Of a DNA stretch of 64,000 nt, positions 28,827 through 43,445 are shown one piece after another. The notes under the pieces were generated by a model that was not told the DNA's origin, made no database searches, and saw only the letters and a list, made by a program, of their open reading frames with translations. The stretch comes from Octopus vulgaris (lineage: Eukaryota): NCBI GenBank assembly GCA_951406725.2, contig OX597818.1:32240001-32304000 (forward strand). Direction: 5' to 3'. Each line of letters begins with the position of its first letter. The stretch's first letter is position 1. The position numbers and the translations under genes were made by a program.

Positions 28827-29444
28827 AATGTAGAGGAATAGCAGGATACTTCTAGTGCGGAAAAAAAACATATCAGTAAGTTCGATCATGTTTGTTGTGA
28901 ATAAAAAAATATATATATGTAATTCAGAGAAGGGACTTATCCTTAAGTTGCTGTGAGAACTTTTAGAGAAATATAGCGTTCAAATATGGAAGCGTTTTCG
29001 TGTAACGCCTTATAGTGAAATATTTTTTCCTTGTGCAGTCTTGCAGTGCGTTACATGGTGCATAATCCCACTGTTTTGCCTTAACACGATACGAGTTACT
29101 GTCTTTAGGCTATAAACTTATTCCATTATTTCCATATTCACAGGTTGAAATATTCCTCTCCGTCTTGCATAATGTAGATTTAAGACCATTTACTTAACTA
29201 ATGGTGCGATAAGACGCAATAACAGAGTGTATACATAACTGAATATTTCACTTCGATAACATCTTGACACGAATGTTACATTGCTTTAGCAGTGTTGTAA
29301 GAATGTAATGCTTAATAAAGGAATTGTTAATATTCCTGAAGAAAAGCAAGGCAGCATATGTTAAAAACGCATCTCAGGAGCAAAACTACCATATCATAAG
29401 GTTATATACACTGGCTAAAAGGTAAAGGATTGACAGAATAGTAA

Positions 29445-29675
29445 GGTGGTGAGCTGGCAGAAACGTTAGCACGCCGGGCGAAATGCTCAGCGATATTTTG
29501 TCTGCCGTTACGTTCTGAGTTCAAATTCCGCCGAGGTCGACTTAGCCTTTCATCCTTTCGGGTTCGATTAAATAAGTACCAGTTACGCACTGGGGTCGAT
29601 GTAATCGACTTCATCCCTTTGTCTGTCCTTGTTTGTCCCCTCTATGTTTAGCCCCTTGTGGGCAATAAAGAAATA
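29445..29675 (+). mobile_element. SINE family B monomer, 10-bp TSD
   Basis: Full head/core/tail1; AGAATAGTAA at 29435-29444 and 29676-29685. Confidence 0.92.
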
Positions 29676-29839
29676 AGAATAGTAAAAGCGTTGGACAAAA
29701 TATCTTGTAGTTTTCAATTACAGCCTTCTACGAGGACTGACTTTGCTTCCATCCTTTCAAGGTGGGTAAAATAAAGTACCAGTCTAAAAATGAGTTAGTA
29801 GATATTTTCGACTATTTCCCTAAATACACATATACGCAT

Positions 29840-30013
29840 CTTTTATCTTTTACCTGTTTCTGTCATTGTTGCGGCCATGCTGGAACACAGCCATGAAGGG
29901 TTTGGTACCCTAATAAATTTATAAAGCCTGATACTTATTCTATCATCTCTTTTGCCGAACCACTATGTGACAAGAATGTAAACAAACCACCACCGGTCGT
30001 CAAAAGGCAGTGG

Positions 30014-30054
<41 letters not shown>

Positions 30055-30150
30055 GTGTATGGTACAGGCTTTTTTTTTCAGATTCCAGCTATCAAATGAT
30101 CATGGTGTCATGCAATAGGATTGAACCTGGAACCATATAATTGGAAACAA
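29840..30150 (-). mobile_element. SINE family A, degenerate
   Basis: GCGGCCATGCTGG..TACTTATTCTATC..TTGCCGAAC..(CA)n..GAACCTGGAACCAT. Confidence 0.75.
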
Positions 30151-32485
30151 CTGCAGATGGATATTTATGATAATCGGAAGGCCAAGCAACTAACTCGATT
30201 TATTAGCGGTGACTGCATGGATAAAAGAGTAGAAATAAAATTACTGTTTAAAGAAAATAAGTGCATGAACATTTCCCGAGTGAATCATTAATATCTAATT
30301 AATTCCCATTAGATTGCAATTTAGTTCAATTCTTTTAAAAGAAAAATTAGAAAAAAGGAAAATGGAATAAATTAAAGAGAAGAGAAAAGAGGAAGGGAGG
30401 GTAAGCAGGAATAACATTGAAAAGGAAATCGATAGATAGATCTAAGGGAAGAGTGGGGCAGCGATAATGTGGGAGTAGAATCCATTTGGACTTGTTTCTT
30501 CATTATCGTAGTCAATAATTAACTAATATTTGCTTTTATGTTCTCTTTTTTTTTGTTCTTCTTCTTAATAACATTGTCTTGAATATATTTTAGGAATTAC
30601 TATAATTTCACCGCGGGAATGTGGAGGAAATACTCTTGTTGCCAAACATATTTATAGGTGGCATGGTAAGCAAGAGTCGTTAGAGCGGTGGAGAAAATGA
30701 CTGTATTTATTCCTGTACCTTGCGTTCTTGAGTTCGATTTTTGCCGATGTTTTCGCGAGTTTGGAATACTAAATAAAATTCGTCTTGGGCCAGTGGGCTG
30801 ACGGAACATTAGATCGTTAGACGCGATAACTTGTTTTTTTTTTGTTTTGTTTTTCGCGGGGGTCTTCTTGAATGGTGGACTTAGTCCGGCGTCCAGTTAA
30901 ATTCCAAGTCCGGCGTCCAGTTAAATTCCAAGACCTCCTTCGTTCAAAGGTGCCCCTAGCGAAGTCCTTCCTTCTTGCCTCGGAGGAATTGTAAAAGGTT
31001 TACAGACTCACCTGATTAAACGATGAAAAAATAGAAACAAGCTAAAAACAAAGAAACGGGAAAAAAATAATAACAAAGAAAAAATAAGAAACAAACCAAA
31101 AAAAAAATATCATGAACAGTCGATTCTCTCTTAAGTCATTATTTTCATAGCACTAACTTCTCCTAACCCGAACGACACCAGTCTACTGCGGCCACTCTAC
31201 TGTATATGACTTTTTTCAAATTTGTGGACATTGTTACAAATGCTTATTTCATACTCGATAATATTGTTTCCAAATTGTATGCGAGTTTGCTTCGAATGAA
31301 GGAATATGCATGAAGAATTCTGTTCTAAACAGGTCTAACAAAAAAAAAAGTACTGACTCTCTTTCTTATAGCATAGCTAAGGGTTTTCTTTTTGAAGGAG
31401 CACATATATAATTGAACATCGGTTTTAGATTATACCTATTTGAAAACTTCTTTGGTAGAGGTGAAATATTCCATCGACCTCGAATTTAGAACTTTCTATG
31501 AGACGTCGGACAATGCACGGTGAAAGAAAGATAGTCTGTCTTATACCCATGGTGCTTAAGTGTATTATACTTTAAAAAGCTGAATAGGGAAAAATATTTC
31601 TGCTCATTTTTTTTTCGACTGTTTTGCAGATGCATTTATATTTATTATTACATTTTTGTATGTATCTCTCTTTTCCTATCCTGTCCTTTCTCTTGGTATA
31701 TTCTATTTGTTTGTCAGTCTAAAAGAAGGAAAATTACATTAACAGGACATATCTCTCATAGATGCATTAAAAGTCAAATACGAGTGGTTAAATGGCATCC
31801 CTCTGTTCGTGAAAAATATGGATGATTGGAATAAGGCAATACTTAAATCTTCGGAAGTAGTGTGTGTGTCCAGATATTTGTTAATAATATGTATGTGTTT
31901 GTGTGTGTGTACGTGTGTGTGAGAAAGAGAGACAGGCAGAGGAAAATGTGATCCTGTCATAAAGATGACTCTGAGTGTAAAAACACAAAACAAAAAGCGA
32001 CATTATATATGAGAAAGAATAACTGGATTAGTTTATGCATGCAAATATACTCATATAAAACAGTGTTCCATTGTATCTGATTTAATTTGAACTGCCTGTA
32101 TGTAAATATGTATCTGTGTATCTGCATATATGTTTATACGAAAAGAGTAAAAATTGGTCGACGAAATATGTTATAGGAAAATAATGACATTTAGAATGTT
32201 TTCTAAAGTGATGATAAAGTGTTATAGAGAGGTCTATTGGAAGGTCATATAGGTTGGAAAAAGGAGAACTAGAGATAAAAATATATATAAAAAAAAAACA
32301 TGTGGTAAGAAGAATAAGATAAAATACAAAAACTAGGGAGTTGTGAAAGGTAAAGGGACCAAGTGGCATAAAGAGACAGAGAGAGAGGTTTAAAGACAAA
32401 GAGAAAATAAAGTAAGACTAAAAAGGAAAGAGAAGCAGAAAGCGCAAGAAACAGAAAGAAAGATAGATAGATAGATATATGGAGG

Positions 32486-32540
<55 letters not shown>

Positions 32541-33489
32541 GTACAGGATCTTATATGTTTGCATATGCATGGGTAGAAAAGAGAATAAACTTGAAGACTG
32601 AAATAGGAAAGAACTGATAAAATCTTAATAGAAGGATAAGGATAACGGAGGTAAAGATGAGAAAAATAAAATACTTTTGAGAAATACAAAGAAATAGACT
32701 GATATATAATGAAAGAAAAAGGCTGAATGAGCGGAAGAACAAGAATAAGAAAAACGATGTAGAAAATAACAGATATCCGGGAGAAAAGAGAAAAAAAAAA
32801 AAAATATGGATAGAAATGAAATGAAGAGAATGGAATTTGTTATTCCATTAACGCAGCATGAAAGAAACATATAATCCCAGAGAAAAATATAGGAAAACTA
32901 AAAATATAAAATGTGGGTTGATGCAAAATTAACGAGAGGAAAAATAATAATAACGACTAAAACCACAAAAACAACGATATCAGCCTCAGCACTAGCAACG
33001 GCAACAATAATTCTATAAACAACAACACGACAGCAGCAGAAGCAGGGGTGGTGTTGATAGCAGTAGCAGCAGTAGTAGTAGTAGTAGCAATAGTAGCAGC
33101 AGCAGCAATAAACTAAGCTGCGATATGATATTTGGTTTTTAACATAGGCTTAAGATCTTGGATTTATGTGCTGTTTCCGAAGGGCAGCAAGAAATAAACG
33201 AAGTGAATCAGTTCCAATTGAGAATCGAAAACCCCCAAAATCGGATCCCGTATTCAGTTCGCGATGAATTTGTCATCAGTGATAAAATAAATCAGCAATG
33301 ATAAGAAATAAATATCAATTTAAAAATTTTTATTTGCTGTCATCATTATCATCACCACAACTGTATAATTCTCATCATTAATATGACAAACAAAACGGTA
33401 AGATCACCACATGAAATCCTTACACTCACTCTATACTTATAAATTCGTCCCCTTTATGCAGCAAATTCAACTTACACACTCTTCCAAAA

Positions 33490-33620
33490 CCGCTCTGATT
33501 TGCTTTTCATCCGTTCGGGATCGATAAAATAAAGTACCAGTCAAGTATTGGTGTCGATGTAAACGAGTAAAAACCTTCCCTCATATTTACTGGCCTTGTG
33601 CAAAAAATTCGGAAGAATCA
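33490..33620 (+). mobile_element. SINE family B 3' half
   Basis: TTTGCTTTTCATCCGTTCGGGATCGATAAAATAAAGTACCAG..GGCCTTGTGC. Confidence 0.75.
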
Positions 33621-34843
33621 TTGATATTATTATTAACGTTTACTGAAACCAGCAGTCTAGAGAAGGTGTATATTGTTTTCTTTTTTTAGTGCCTTCACAG
33701 TTTGATCAGATGTAAGTCCATTGTAGTTAATTTCTCACAGAGAAATTTCGACTAAAAGCAAGTTTGCTTTCCCTTATTATAGTGGTGAAATATATAATCG
33801 TCCGATGACATACATTTTCTTTCTTTAAACGTTCCGACGTATTCGCATACGAATGTGCATATCGCTGTTGTGTTTTGCCTTTGGAGAACAATTTCTTTCA
33901 GACGAAGGTCTGTTCATAACATATTCGATTCATTAGAGTAAGGAGACATTGGAAGACCTGGTGTTTCGACGTTACTGTTTCCTCAGCCTAAGCTAATCCG
34001 GACAAATGAATCTAACAAGAGTTTGTGATTCTTGTTTAAAAATTCATCAAACAAATTATTTGCTAATGTGTGCTGATAACTGTCAACCGATGATAGCGAA
34101 ATGCACCAGCAATTAGCAAATTCATTTTCGAATTTGCCGGAACGTATTGAGAATGAATATGTACATCATTGTTCTAATTCTCTGAACGTATTGAGAATGA
34201 ATATTTAAATCATTGTTCTGAGTCATTTACCATCGATCAATAATAAACAATTACTTTGAGCAATGACAACAAAATCTAAAGTGGAACGTCGCATTTGCTC
34301 CACTCTACATCGACAATAAAATTGAAAATAAAATTGAACTGAATCGCAGAGAAATTCTTTAATTAACCATTGAAGCCTTATATGTGCAAGTTTAATGGTG
34401 TCTTGTCCAGAAAGCTTACAGCAACAGCTGCATTGACATAATGAACTCAGCGACCCGAGATCTAAGAAAGTACAATACTATTCTATTCACATATTCGGTG
34501 CCACGGTGCATCGAGTAATAACAATAGTAATTTCTTACATAAGTACGAAAGCTGGCTTGATTTGAATGTAGAAAGAGTTAGGCTGTTGGGATGTTCATCA
34601 TTTCGTAATGGTATTTGAAGCGCAAACAGAGTGCTTCCAAATGGAAATCGAAATTGGACACGTGGATTAATTATCGTTCATAAAATTAATATAGAACCAT
34701 AGAAAAGTAATATTAAAATTCGTGAAAGCTGAGTTAATGATCCGAATCGTTTTGTTTTAAATCTCTCATTTTTTTAATTATATGTTTCATCTCCGTCTGT
34801 CTGTATGTCTGCCTCTCTCCCTCCCTCCCTTATATATATATAT

Positions 34844-34960
34844 GAAGAGCGTAGGCTCGAAACGTAAAATACTTTTTTCTATTCCTGAGCGTTATACTAA
34901 TACATCTGTTTGTTTTATACACCACCTGTCTTTTGTTTTTTTTTGTTTTTTTTTCGTAAG
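34844..34960 (+). mobile_element. Penelope-like terminal repeat fragment with truncated hammerhead-like motif
   Basis: GAAGAGCGTAGGCTCGAAACGTA..GAGCGTTATACTAATACATCTGTTTG..CACCACCTGTCTT; homologous to both arms at 50481-50867. Confidence 0.6.
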
Positions 34961-36110
34961 TGTGTGTGTGTGTGTCCGATGATGAAGAGGGTACGACTGC
35001 TCAGCTACAGTTGATGATGATGATGCTGATGTTGATAATGATAATCGGTTATAGCGAGGTTACATGTTGTAAAGGGAGGCAATTTATTTCATTTTTACAG
35101 CATTCTAATGTTAAAGTAATCCTACCATTAAAGCGACAACATATGCATGATTATGCATACAAGCCCCACGCATACACAAACGCATATAGAGAAACACGCT
35201 CACACACAGAAACACACAGGCAGAAACGCAGACAACACAAAATAAGAAAACAAAACAACAAAAAAAAAACAAAAAAGAACGTAAATAACTAAAACGATCC
35301 CTGCATTCCTTCTTGTATTGATCCAATGTGAAGTCAACCCCTAAATGGGACTAGAACTTGAAAAGTGCCGATGCCATAAAACAGTAGTCTCTCTCAATGC
35401 TCCACTGCAAAGAATATTCTATTGCATTTTTCTTTCCTTTTTTTTTTTCATTCTTCCCCTCTCTCTCCCCCCTTTCTCTCTCTCTCTCTGACTGTTTTCG
35501 CAGTTCTTCAAAAGATTGCTCGAGGTGGCATTTTACCGTTTAGTGTTGGCGTTTCTTTCTCTTGAGTTAATAATATCGAGTTGAGGCTCACTTGTTTTCT
35601 TTATTATTGTAGGACCGAACAAATATTACGGTTATTATCAGCGACTTAGTCATACTGCCTCTCTCGGCATCTTTTTAACTCCGGGACAAAACAGATACTG
35701 ATTGTGAGATAAGCAGCATGCGTTTATTTGGATAGAATAGTTGACGGTTAGAGCTAGAGAGATTTCAGGTTAGTGTTTAGAGTGAGAAAATACGTTTTAA
35801 AGATAGTGACGGACAAACACACACACATAGAGGCGCGAGCACGCATGGGAGAGAGAGAGAGAGAGAGAGAGGGAGGAGAGAGAGAGAGAGAGCTCTAAGA
35901 AGCATGCCGGGCATATCTAAAAGAAAAGACGAGAAATAAAGGGCTGGTTAAGTGAAGTTCTAATTACTAATTTGAGAATTCTTTATTCAGAGAGCAATGA
36001 TATAACATTCTCAGTCACGTAAGAAAAGAAACCCCTTGGCAAATTATAAACAATCTAACACGCATCGTTTGGGCTCTAGACATATGCTTGGTGTTATGAA
36101 TTAAATTGTA

Positions 36111-36155
<45 letters not shown>

Positions 36156-36534
36156 TAAAATTGGAACGTACTCGATAAGATCTGAAATTATATCTATTAT
36201 GTTTACATGTTATGCTACGAGAGTGTAACTAAATACAAATGTTCAAAACTGTCTTAATATTGATTTCTAAATTGTGCAGATATTTTGAAGAAGACACCAC
36301 AGAACAATAAATTATATAGGAAAAATACACTGCTGTACCATATTTTATCGAATTCTGATGAAAAAGAGGGCACTCGAGTACTGTGAACCGCAATCTTAGA
36401 AAATTAAAGCATTCATTTAAATAGTTGGATGCATGGTATTTCGTCTGACAGTCCACTATTTCTTTCCCCCATTTTGTCTTCAATAAAGGGCATGGCCCAA
36501 GTTTAGGCAATAAGGTTTTTTTTTTGTTTTTTTT

Positions 36535-36849
36535 TTAGTCAAATGAATCGACTCCATGACTTATTTCTTAAGCGTAGTACTTATTCTATCGGTCTCTTTA
36601 GCCGAACCGCTGAGTTACGGGGACGTAAGCACAGCAATACCAGTTTTCAAGCGGTGATGGGGTGAGGGACAAACATAGACACAAATACACACACATATAG
36701 ATACATACATATATACATATATACGACAGGCTTCTTTCAGGTCCCGGCTACCAAATCCACTCACAAGGCTTTGGTTTAAGATGTCACGTTGTCGGACTGA
36801 ACCCGGAACCATGTAGTTGGGACGCAAAATTCTTGCCACACAGCCACAC
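36535..36849 (-). mobile_element. SINE family A
   Basis: TACTTATTCTATCGGTCTC..ACTGAACCCGGAACCATG..CCACACAGCCAC. Confidence 0.85.
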
Positions 36850-36864
36850 CAATATATACGTGTA

Positions 36865-36942
<78 letters not shown>

Positions 36943-37450
36943 TAGTATATACAGAGTAAACCTAGTGGGGGTTGTAAAATATGCTCAGTTACCTCAGGTT
37001 TCTACGATTCGATTGTGGGCATGCTGGAGCACCATGAAAAATTATAATGTGTGTGTGTGTGTGTGTGTGTGCATCTAAATGTAGATAAATACGTAACGCA
37101 AGCATCTTATATCAAATACATCGAAATAAAGAGATAACCAAGGCAGTTATTATTGATTAGTTCGGCTTCATTTATAACTTAATGATAGTTGAGACTTATA
37201 ATATTTTCTCTCCTCATGTCTATTCCAACATCTCATCTGCTCCAAATAACGATCTTATTTCAGTGAGCAGACGGGCAGACAGTTATAATATACTCTCAAT
37301 AATTGTCTTTATTTCTAACCTTAACTCAATGTATTTCATTGATAATATATCTCAAGGTTCTCTCTGTCTTACTTTATCTTCTCCTTTACTTGAATATTTC
37401 CATCTGTCTTTCAATTTCATGTTTAGTTTACTAAGTATAATAGGGCAGGT

Positions 37451-37846
37451 GGAGGCGCAATGGCCCAGTGGTTAGGGCAGCGGACTCGCGGTCATAGGAT
37501 CGCGGTTTCGATTCCCAGACCGGGCGTTGTGAGTGTTTATTGAGCGAAAACACCAAAAAAAAGCTCCACGAGGCTCCGGCAGGGGATGGTGGGGATCCCT
37601 GCTGTACTCCCTCACCACAAACTTTCTCTCACTCTTACTTCCTGTTTCTGTTGTACCTGTATTTCAAGGGGCCGGCCTTGTCACTCTCTGTGTCACGCTG
37701 AATATCCCCCAGAACTACGTTAAGGGTGCACGTGTCTGTGGAGTGCTCAGCCACTTACTTACACGTTAATTTCACGAGCAGGCTGTTCCGTTGATTCGGA
37801 TCAACCGGAACCCTCATCGTCGTAACCGACGGAGTGCTTCCATCCA
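37451..37846 (+). mobile_element. SINE family C, full length
   Basis: Colinear with the reverse complement of 15566-15947. Confidence 0.95.
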
Positions 37847-38294
37847 TAATGGGACACCTACATTCATATATTTTATTAATTTCTGTCCCTATCTACCTTG
37901 AAACTCTTTACCATATAAAGCACATGCCAGTAACAGCTCTCTATTTTTGTAACTGTTGAACAGTGATATATTGAGAGGAATGTCATAACAATGTAGTTTG
38001 AATGGAAGGTTTTCTATTATTTTCTTTTCCAGAGAGAAATGCGAGCAGAGATTTGCTCAGAAGCAAAAATATATAAATGTAAATAATATAAACAGTAGTA
38101 TAAGATTCTCATACATATGAGAAAGATTTACATAGACATGTGTATGTATGCATAGACACAGACACGCATATACATACGTATATATGTACTCAAACATACA
38201 TGTGTACGTGTGTGTAAATATATGTATGTGTGTGTCTGTGTATGGTTTAAATGGCTAAGAGAAAGAATGGTGGTGATAAAACGTGCAAGAGAGA

Positions 38295-38367
<73 letters not shown>

Positions 38368-38679
38368 TCAGAAGTGATGTTATAGAGTTGACAGGAAAAA
38401 AATTCCGTTAGACGAAAATCAAAAAAGGAAATAACTGTTAAAATCGAAAAGAATATATATTGTAAAGATACAAGTTGAGTGAAAGAAAAATTCAATTACA
38501 CTGGTGCATGATGGGTAATTTTCCTGTAATGGTGGTAAAAATCTTGTGAGCGAGAGATACAAGACAACCTGACATACCCTTCGAAGTTATGCTTCGCTTT
38601 CCACATTGGCAATTTCCCATCATACATTGACTCATATCTAAGTGCACATACAAAAAGTAATTGCATATTCGTATATTTG

Positions 38680-38681
38680 GC

Positions 38682-38750
<69 letters not shown>

Positions 38751-38985
38751 GTGCATATTTATAAAATGAATACATGCAGGTATAGACATGTGTATGTATA
38801 CGTGCTTATTATGCTAATGTATGGGGTACTTGAGTAATCTGTGAGAATGAATGAACGTACGTACGAGTGTGTGTGTGTGTGTGTGTGTGTCTGTGTGTGT
38901 AGCGAATGATCTATGCGTATATTTGCGAGTAACTGCGATATTTAGTGCAAATATTTGTGAAGTGTATGTGTGTGTTGCGTATATA

Positions 38986-39018
<33 letters not shown>

Positions 39019-39077
39019 GTGTGTGTATATACATCTATATGTATATATGTATATATGTATGTATATACATGTATATG

Positions 39078-39108
<31 letters not shown>

Positions 39109-39159
39109 GTATGTATATATGTATATATGTGTAGACATGTATATATATGTGTATATATA

Positions 39160-39205
<46 letters not shown>

Positions 39206-39500
39206 TACATACATACATACATGTGTGGGTGGATATATCACATGATTGCATGTATATGTATATATATGTGTATGTGTAATAGTTTGCATGCATATACGTG
39301 TGTTGTGTGTGTAATAGATTGCATATATGTATATACATATATGTTTGTGTTTGTATATACATGCGTGTGTGTGTGTGTTCTTGCATCTATGTGCGTGCAT
39401 CTATATGGATGTATATATAGATATATATGTGTATATGTATATGAGTGTATGCCATATATGTGTATTTTTTTGTGTGTAACTATATATTTATATATTTGTT
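38680..39500. repeat. (TA)/(TG) low-complexity field
   Basis: Direct reading. Confidence 0.9.
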
Positions 39501-40210
39501 TTCCGTATGTGTGTATGTATGCGAAAGCTAGTAAGTATACGTTCATAGCATTTTTATGCATAGAAATACTTATTTATAGTTTGCAATACTTATTTTCTGG
39601 CAGTGTGTGTGTGAATAAAAGCGAATACGAGTGCAATGAGTAAGTGAATGAGTGACTGCGTGTCAACTTGATTTTAACCCGACCGATCGTTTAATTTAGG
39701 TTATAAAAATATCGTAACAGCTAACACACTATACCATAAATATATAAATAATTAAAATAAATAATTGGTTCAAAATACACTAAACAAACAGCAGCAGAAG
39801 AAGAAAAAAACTGAACAAAAGTTTAATATAAGAATAAATAAACGGCGAATAGAAAATATTAATAGCCCCCCTTTTTAAAGAAAGCACAGAAACCATGTTC
39901 AAAACATGTCATTGAATGATGGAGACCAAAGGTTTTCTAATAACAGGGACTATCGATAAAAGAGATCTTGAGTAGTAGGGACAGATCGCTTCATCAACGA
40001 GACCCTGCTTTTAAAAATTTAAACCACTGCCGACTCAAGTCTTGATCGTTACTTCCAATTTTTCTAGAATAGATTTCAGTCGCCGTTTCTGACAATTTCC
40101 TTGCACCAACACAACTATTTCATTTAAAAGGGAAGACCTGTATAAAACATTAAATACTATAATTAACTTTTATTTCACGATCGGGAATAGATTTCTGTGA
40201 AGTATTTCGC

Positions 40211-40369
40211 TCTTCCTCCTCCTCCTCCGCCGCCGCCGCCACCACCGCCACCACCAGCACCACCACCAGCACCACCAGCACCACCACCAACACCACCACT
40301 ACCAGCACCACCACCAACAACACCACCGCCACCTCCTCCTCCTCTCTTCCTTTATTATTATTATAAACC

Positions 40370-40401
<32 letters not shown>

Positions 40402-40420
40402 CACTACCACTACTACTATT
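40211..40420. repeat. Compound trinucleotide repeat (CCT/CCG/CCA/CTA)
   Basis: Direct reading. Confidence 0.9.
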
Positions 40421-40815
40421 ATTTTTTGTATTTCTTTTAAGACATTCACTTATTTTTAAGATGTCTATCAAATTGACATTTTTGGAATTCCATCAGATAT
40501 TACAAACTATTTGTGTTGAGTGTTTATTATAATCGTATAGATTTTTACAATTTGAAATATAATTCTTTCAAACACGCATACATACGTCATATTCTTCTCA
40601 TTTTAACACATGCATAGATATGCATATCGCAGTATAAATTATTTGTCAATTTAATATTGCTTTAAACAATTTTTTTTTCTTTCTCATCTTGAATATTCTT
40701 CACTTTCTAATAAGAAATCTCTGTTCGTGCATATAAAATGCTTGCTGTGAAGTTGAGTGTGAATGCATGTATCTGTGTTTATGTATGCCAGTATTTGTGT
40801 AAATATGTATGAATT

Positions 40816-41148
40816 ATGTCTCAGTGGTTAGAGCGTCGAGCTTACGATCGTGAGGTTGTGAGCTCGAATCCCGGACCGGGCTGCGTGTTGTGTTCTTGAG
40901 CAAGGCACTTTATTTCACGTTGCTCCAGTTCACTCAGCTGTAGAAATGAGTTGCGACGTCACTGGTGCCAAGCTGTATCGACCTTTGTCTTTCCCTTGGA
41001 TAACACTGATGGCGTGGAGAGGGAGGCTGGTATGCATGGGCGACTGCTGGTCTTCCATAAACAACCTTGCCCGGACTTGTGTCTAGGAGGGTAACTTTCT
41101 AGGTGCAATCCCATGGTCATTCATAACCGAAGGGGGTCTTTACCCTTT
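40816..41148 (+). mobile_element. tRNA-derived SINE family D
   Basis: CTCAGTGGTTAGAGCGTCG..GAGCTCGAATCCCGG, then GTGTTCTTGAGCAAGGCACTTTATTTCACGTTGCTCCAG; ends TTTACCCTTTA. Confidence 0.85.
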
Positions 41149-43401
41149 ATGTAGATATGAGAGGCCTTCTGTTAGGGAGTGGGTTCGGTCCTGAACCGAG
41201 CAGCAGGTTGTAATCTTCGAGTAGGGTACTTCATTTCAGGTTACTCTAGTCTCCTCAGTGAAAATGAATAACATACCTCTGTCCACCCCAATCTCCCAGC
41301 TATTACATCCACAATGTTCCGCTGGCTCAAGGGTGGGAGCGTCTGCTTGCAACTACATTGGCACTGAATATACCGAGTCAAAGTACTCTACCCGCATGTG
41401 GGTGACGGCTAAGTCTCAAGCTACGATATATGTATGTATGGATGGATGGATATGTTCCTGCGTGTATATTTATAAATATATCTTTATATACACATACATA
41501 AGTACGTGTGTTGTTTGGACACATCTAATTGCCTTATCTACATGTAGTTAGTATACATGGTGCTAGCTAGCAGTGGAGCCCATTCCTCCACAAGTTATAT
41601 CTTCGGTAAGATTTTATATAACCATGGTAACGTTTTTAATCTGTGAAAAGTTTAAACACCCACCCCAAAAAAAGAAAAAAACATGGGGCAATATTCGCAA
41701 ATTTGGTTAAGCGGGGAGAAGAAACAATATACATAAAGATTACCTAAGAAATAATTTTTTCCCCTTTTGTCAAGCTTGACTGAACCGAACAAACCTATTA
41801 AGAAAGGTTTCGCAACGATAACGAATTCTTTTTACTTTGGATGGTGTAGTCTAGAATGCACCATTCCTGTATATATTCTTCATAATAAGAGGATTGTATG
41901 GTCTGAACTTGTTTAAGTTGCTATTTCTAAAATGTCCTAATATATAAAGGGTTCCTCGTTAGTTTTTAAGAGATAAAATGGAGAAGACACAAAACCATCG
42001 ATAATTATTAAGTCCACTTTCTTCGTCTTATTTTCATGGGTTAGATTGATTTTATTGACCTCTTCTGAAGGTTCGTAAACGGTTTGTTTTATATCGCAAA
42101 TAGTGTGACATATTGATTTGATCCCAAGATGCACATGCTGCGCGCTCACACACACACACACACTCTGCTTGTGCGTCAGTGTACGTATATATGAGTGGCT
42201 TACCAACAACAATATGAAAAGCGTCGATTACGTTTGGATAACTCCAATCATTTCGCTTTTCCCTTGTTTCATAAATCAAATTTAGGTGTCAGCATTAACA
42301 AACCTTTATCGCTTCAGAGCACTTTAAGTATAGGATAGCAAGCAAGTACACAGAACAGAATGGATCCCAAATTCAGCATAGATCCTACAAGAAATCCATT
42401 GTTCTATTCTTACAAAATCTGTTCAAAGGGCAAATGTACACATACAACTTGAATTGATGGCCTTATTGTAACCTTAGGATAATATCACAGAACACTGATT
42501 TCATGAAATTTTCTAATACTTGTAAACATCGGTTGGCTTCTAAGTGTTATAAATGTCACTGAGATTTGCTAAGGAGATAATAACCTGACTATAAATAATC
42601 CGAGTGTCACCTAGAGCGAGGTTTGAAGAGCGAACAGTTGTGTTTTGAAATTACGAAAGTACACCGTATCTAATAATATTATTAGTCTGATTGTTAGGGC
42701 GTGTTTGTTGCGCTCTTAAAAATCTATGGAATGCAGTCAAAGATATAATCGAAAACTTTAATAATCATGGAACAAGCTCGAATGTTAAGCTTTCAACGAC
42801 CTTCTAACAATGTAGCTACATCAAAGACATAGTATAAGCTTTTCCTATAATTTTTGCTATGGCATTCACCAGAATTTAGCTATGATAATGATGTCTTATT
42901 ATTATTAGTATAAAGAGAGAGAAAAGCTGAAAAGTTTTAGCGTTAATCACGATTCTTGTCAAGCAGGTCAAGGGAAAAAGATCTGAAATTTAAAGTAGTT
43001 AATCGACTTTAGTATGCTTGGGGAGTTCATCCGATTCTTGGTATAGTAACAATTCTGCACACCCTCCACCTTATTAAACCTCCCCATAATATCCCATACC
43101 TTTGAAACAAATTTTTGACTATATAGTATTTATACGAAAAATTTCCTTTGATGGCTTCTGCTTCAAGAACATACAGTTAAGTGTAGACTACACACACACA
43201 CACACACACACACACAATAATAATAATAATATTAGGGAGTATAACTCCAAACTTACAGGGAAAAATTCAATTTAGTATTAAATCAAATTTCATAATGTAA
43301 ATATATAAAATATTAGAGAAAAAAACACTATTATGTTATTTATGATTTAGTTTATGTCTATGATTGTTTGAATTGCATAACAGTTTTTTTTTCCTCTAAT
43401 T

Positions 43402-43445
<44 letters not shown>

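Noticed and set aside
30925-30960. Minus-strand PLNEGGLGI resembling an L1/Tx1 RT motif
   Set aside because: Short match bounded by stop codons, and too close to the apparent poly-A end for that motif.
37451-37525. tRNA gene calls for SINE heads (also near 15875, 40816, 49452)
   Set aside because: A and B boxes are present, but I could not close a cloverleaf acceptor stem, and each continues into a multicopy SINE body.
40197-40532. Proline-rich ORF resembling formin/WASP regions
   Set aside because: CCN repeat that grades into (TTA)n and (CTA)n; no flanking domain.
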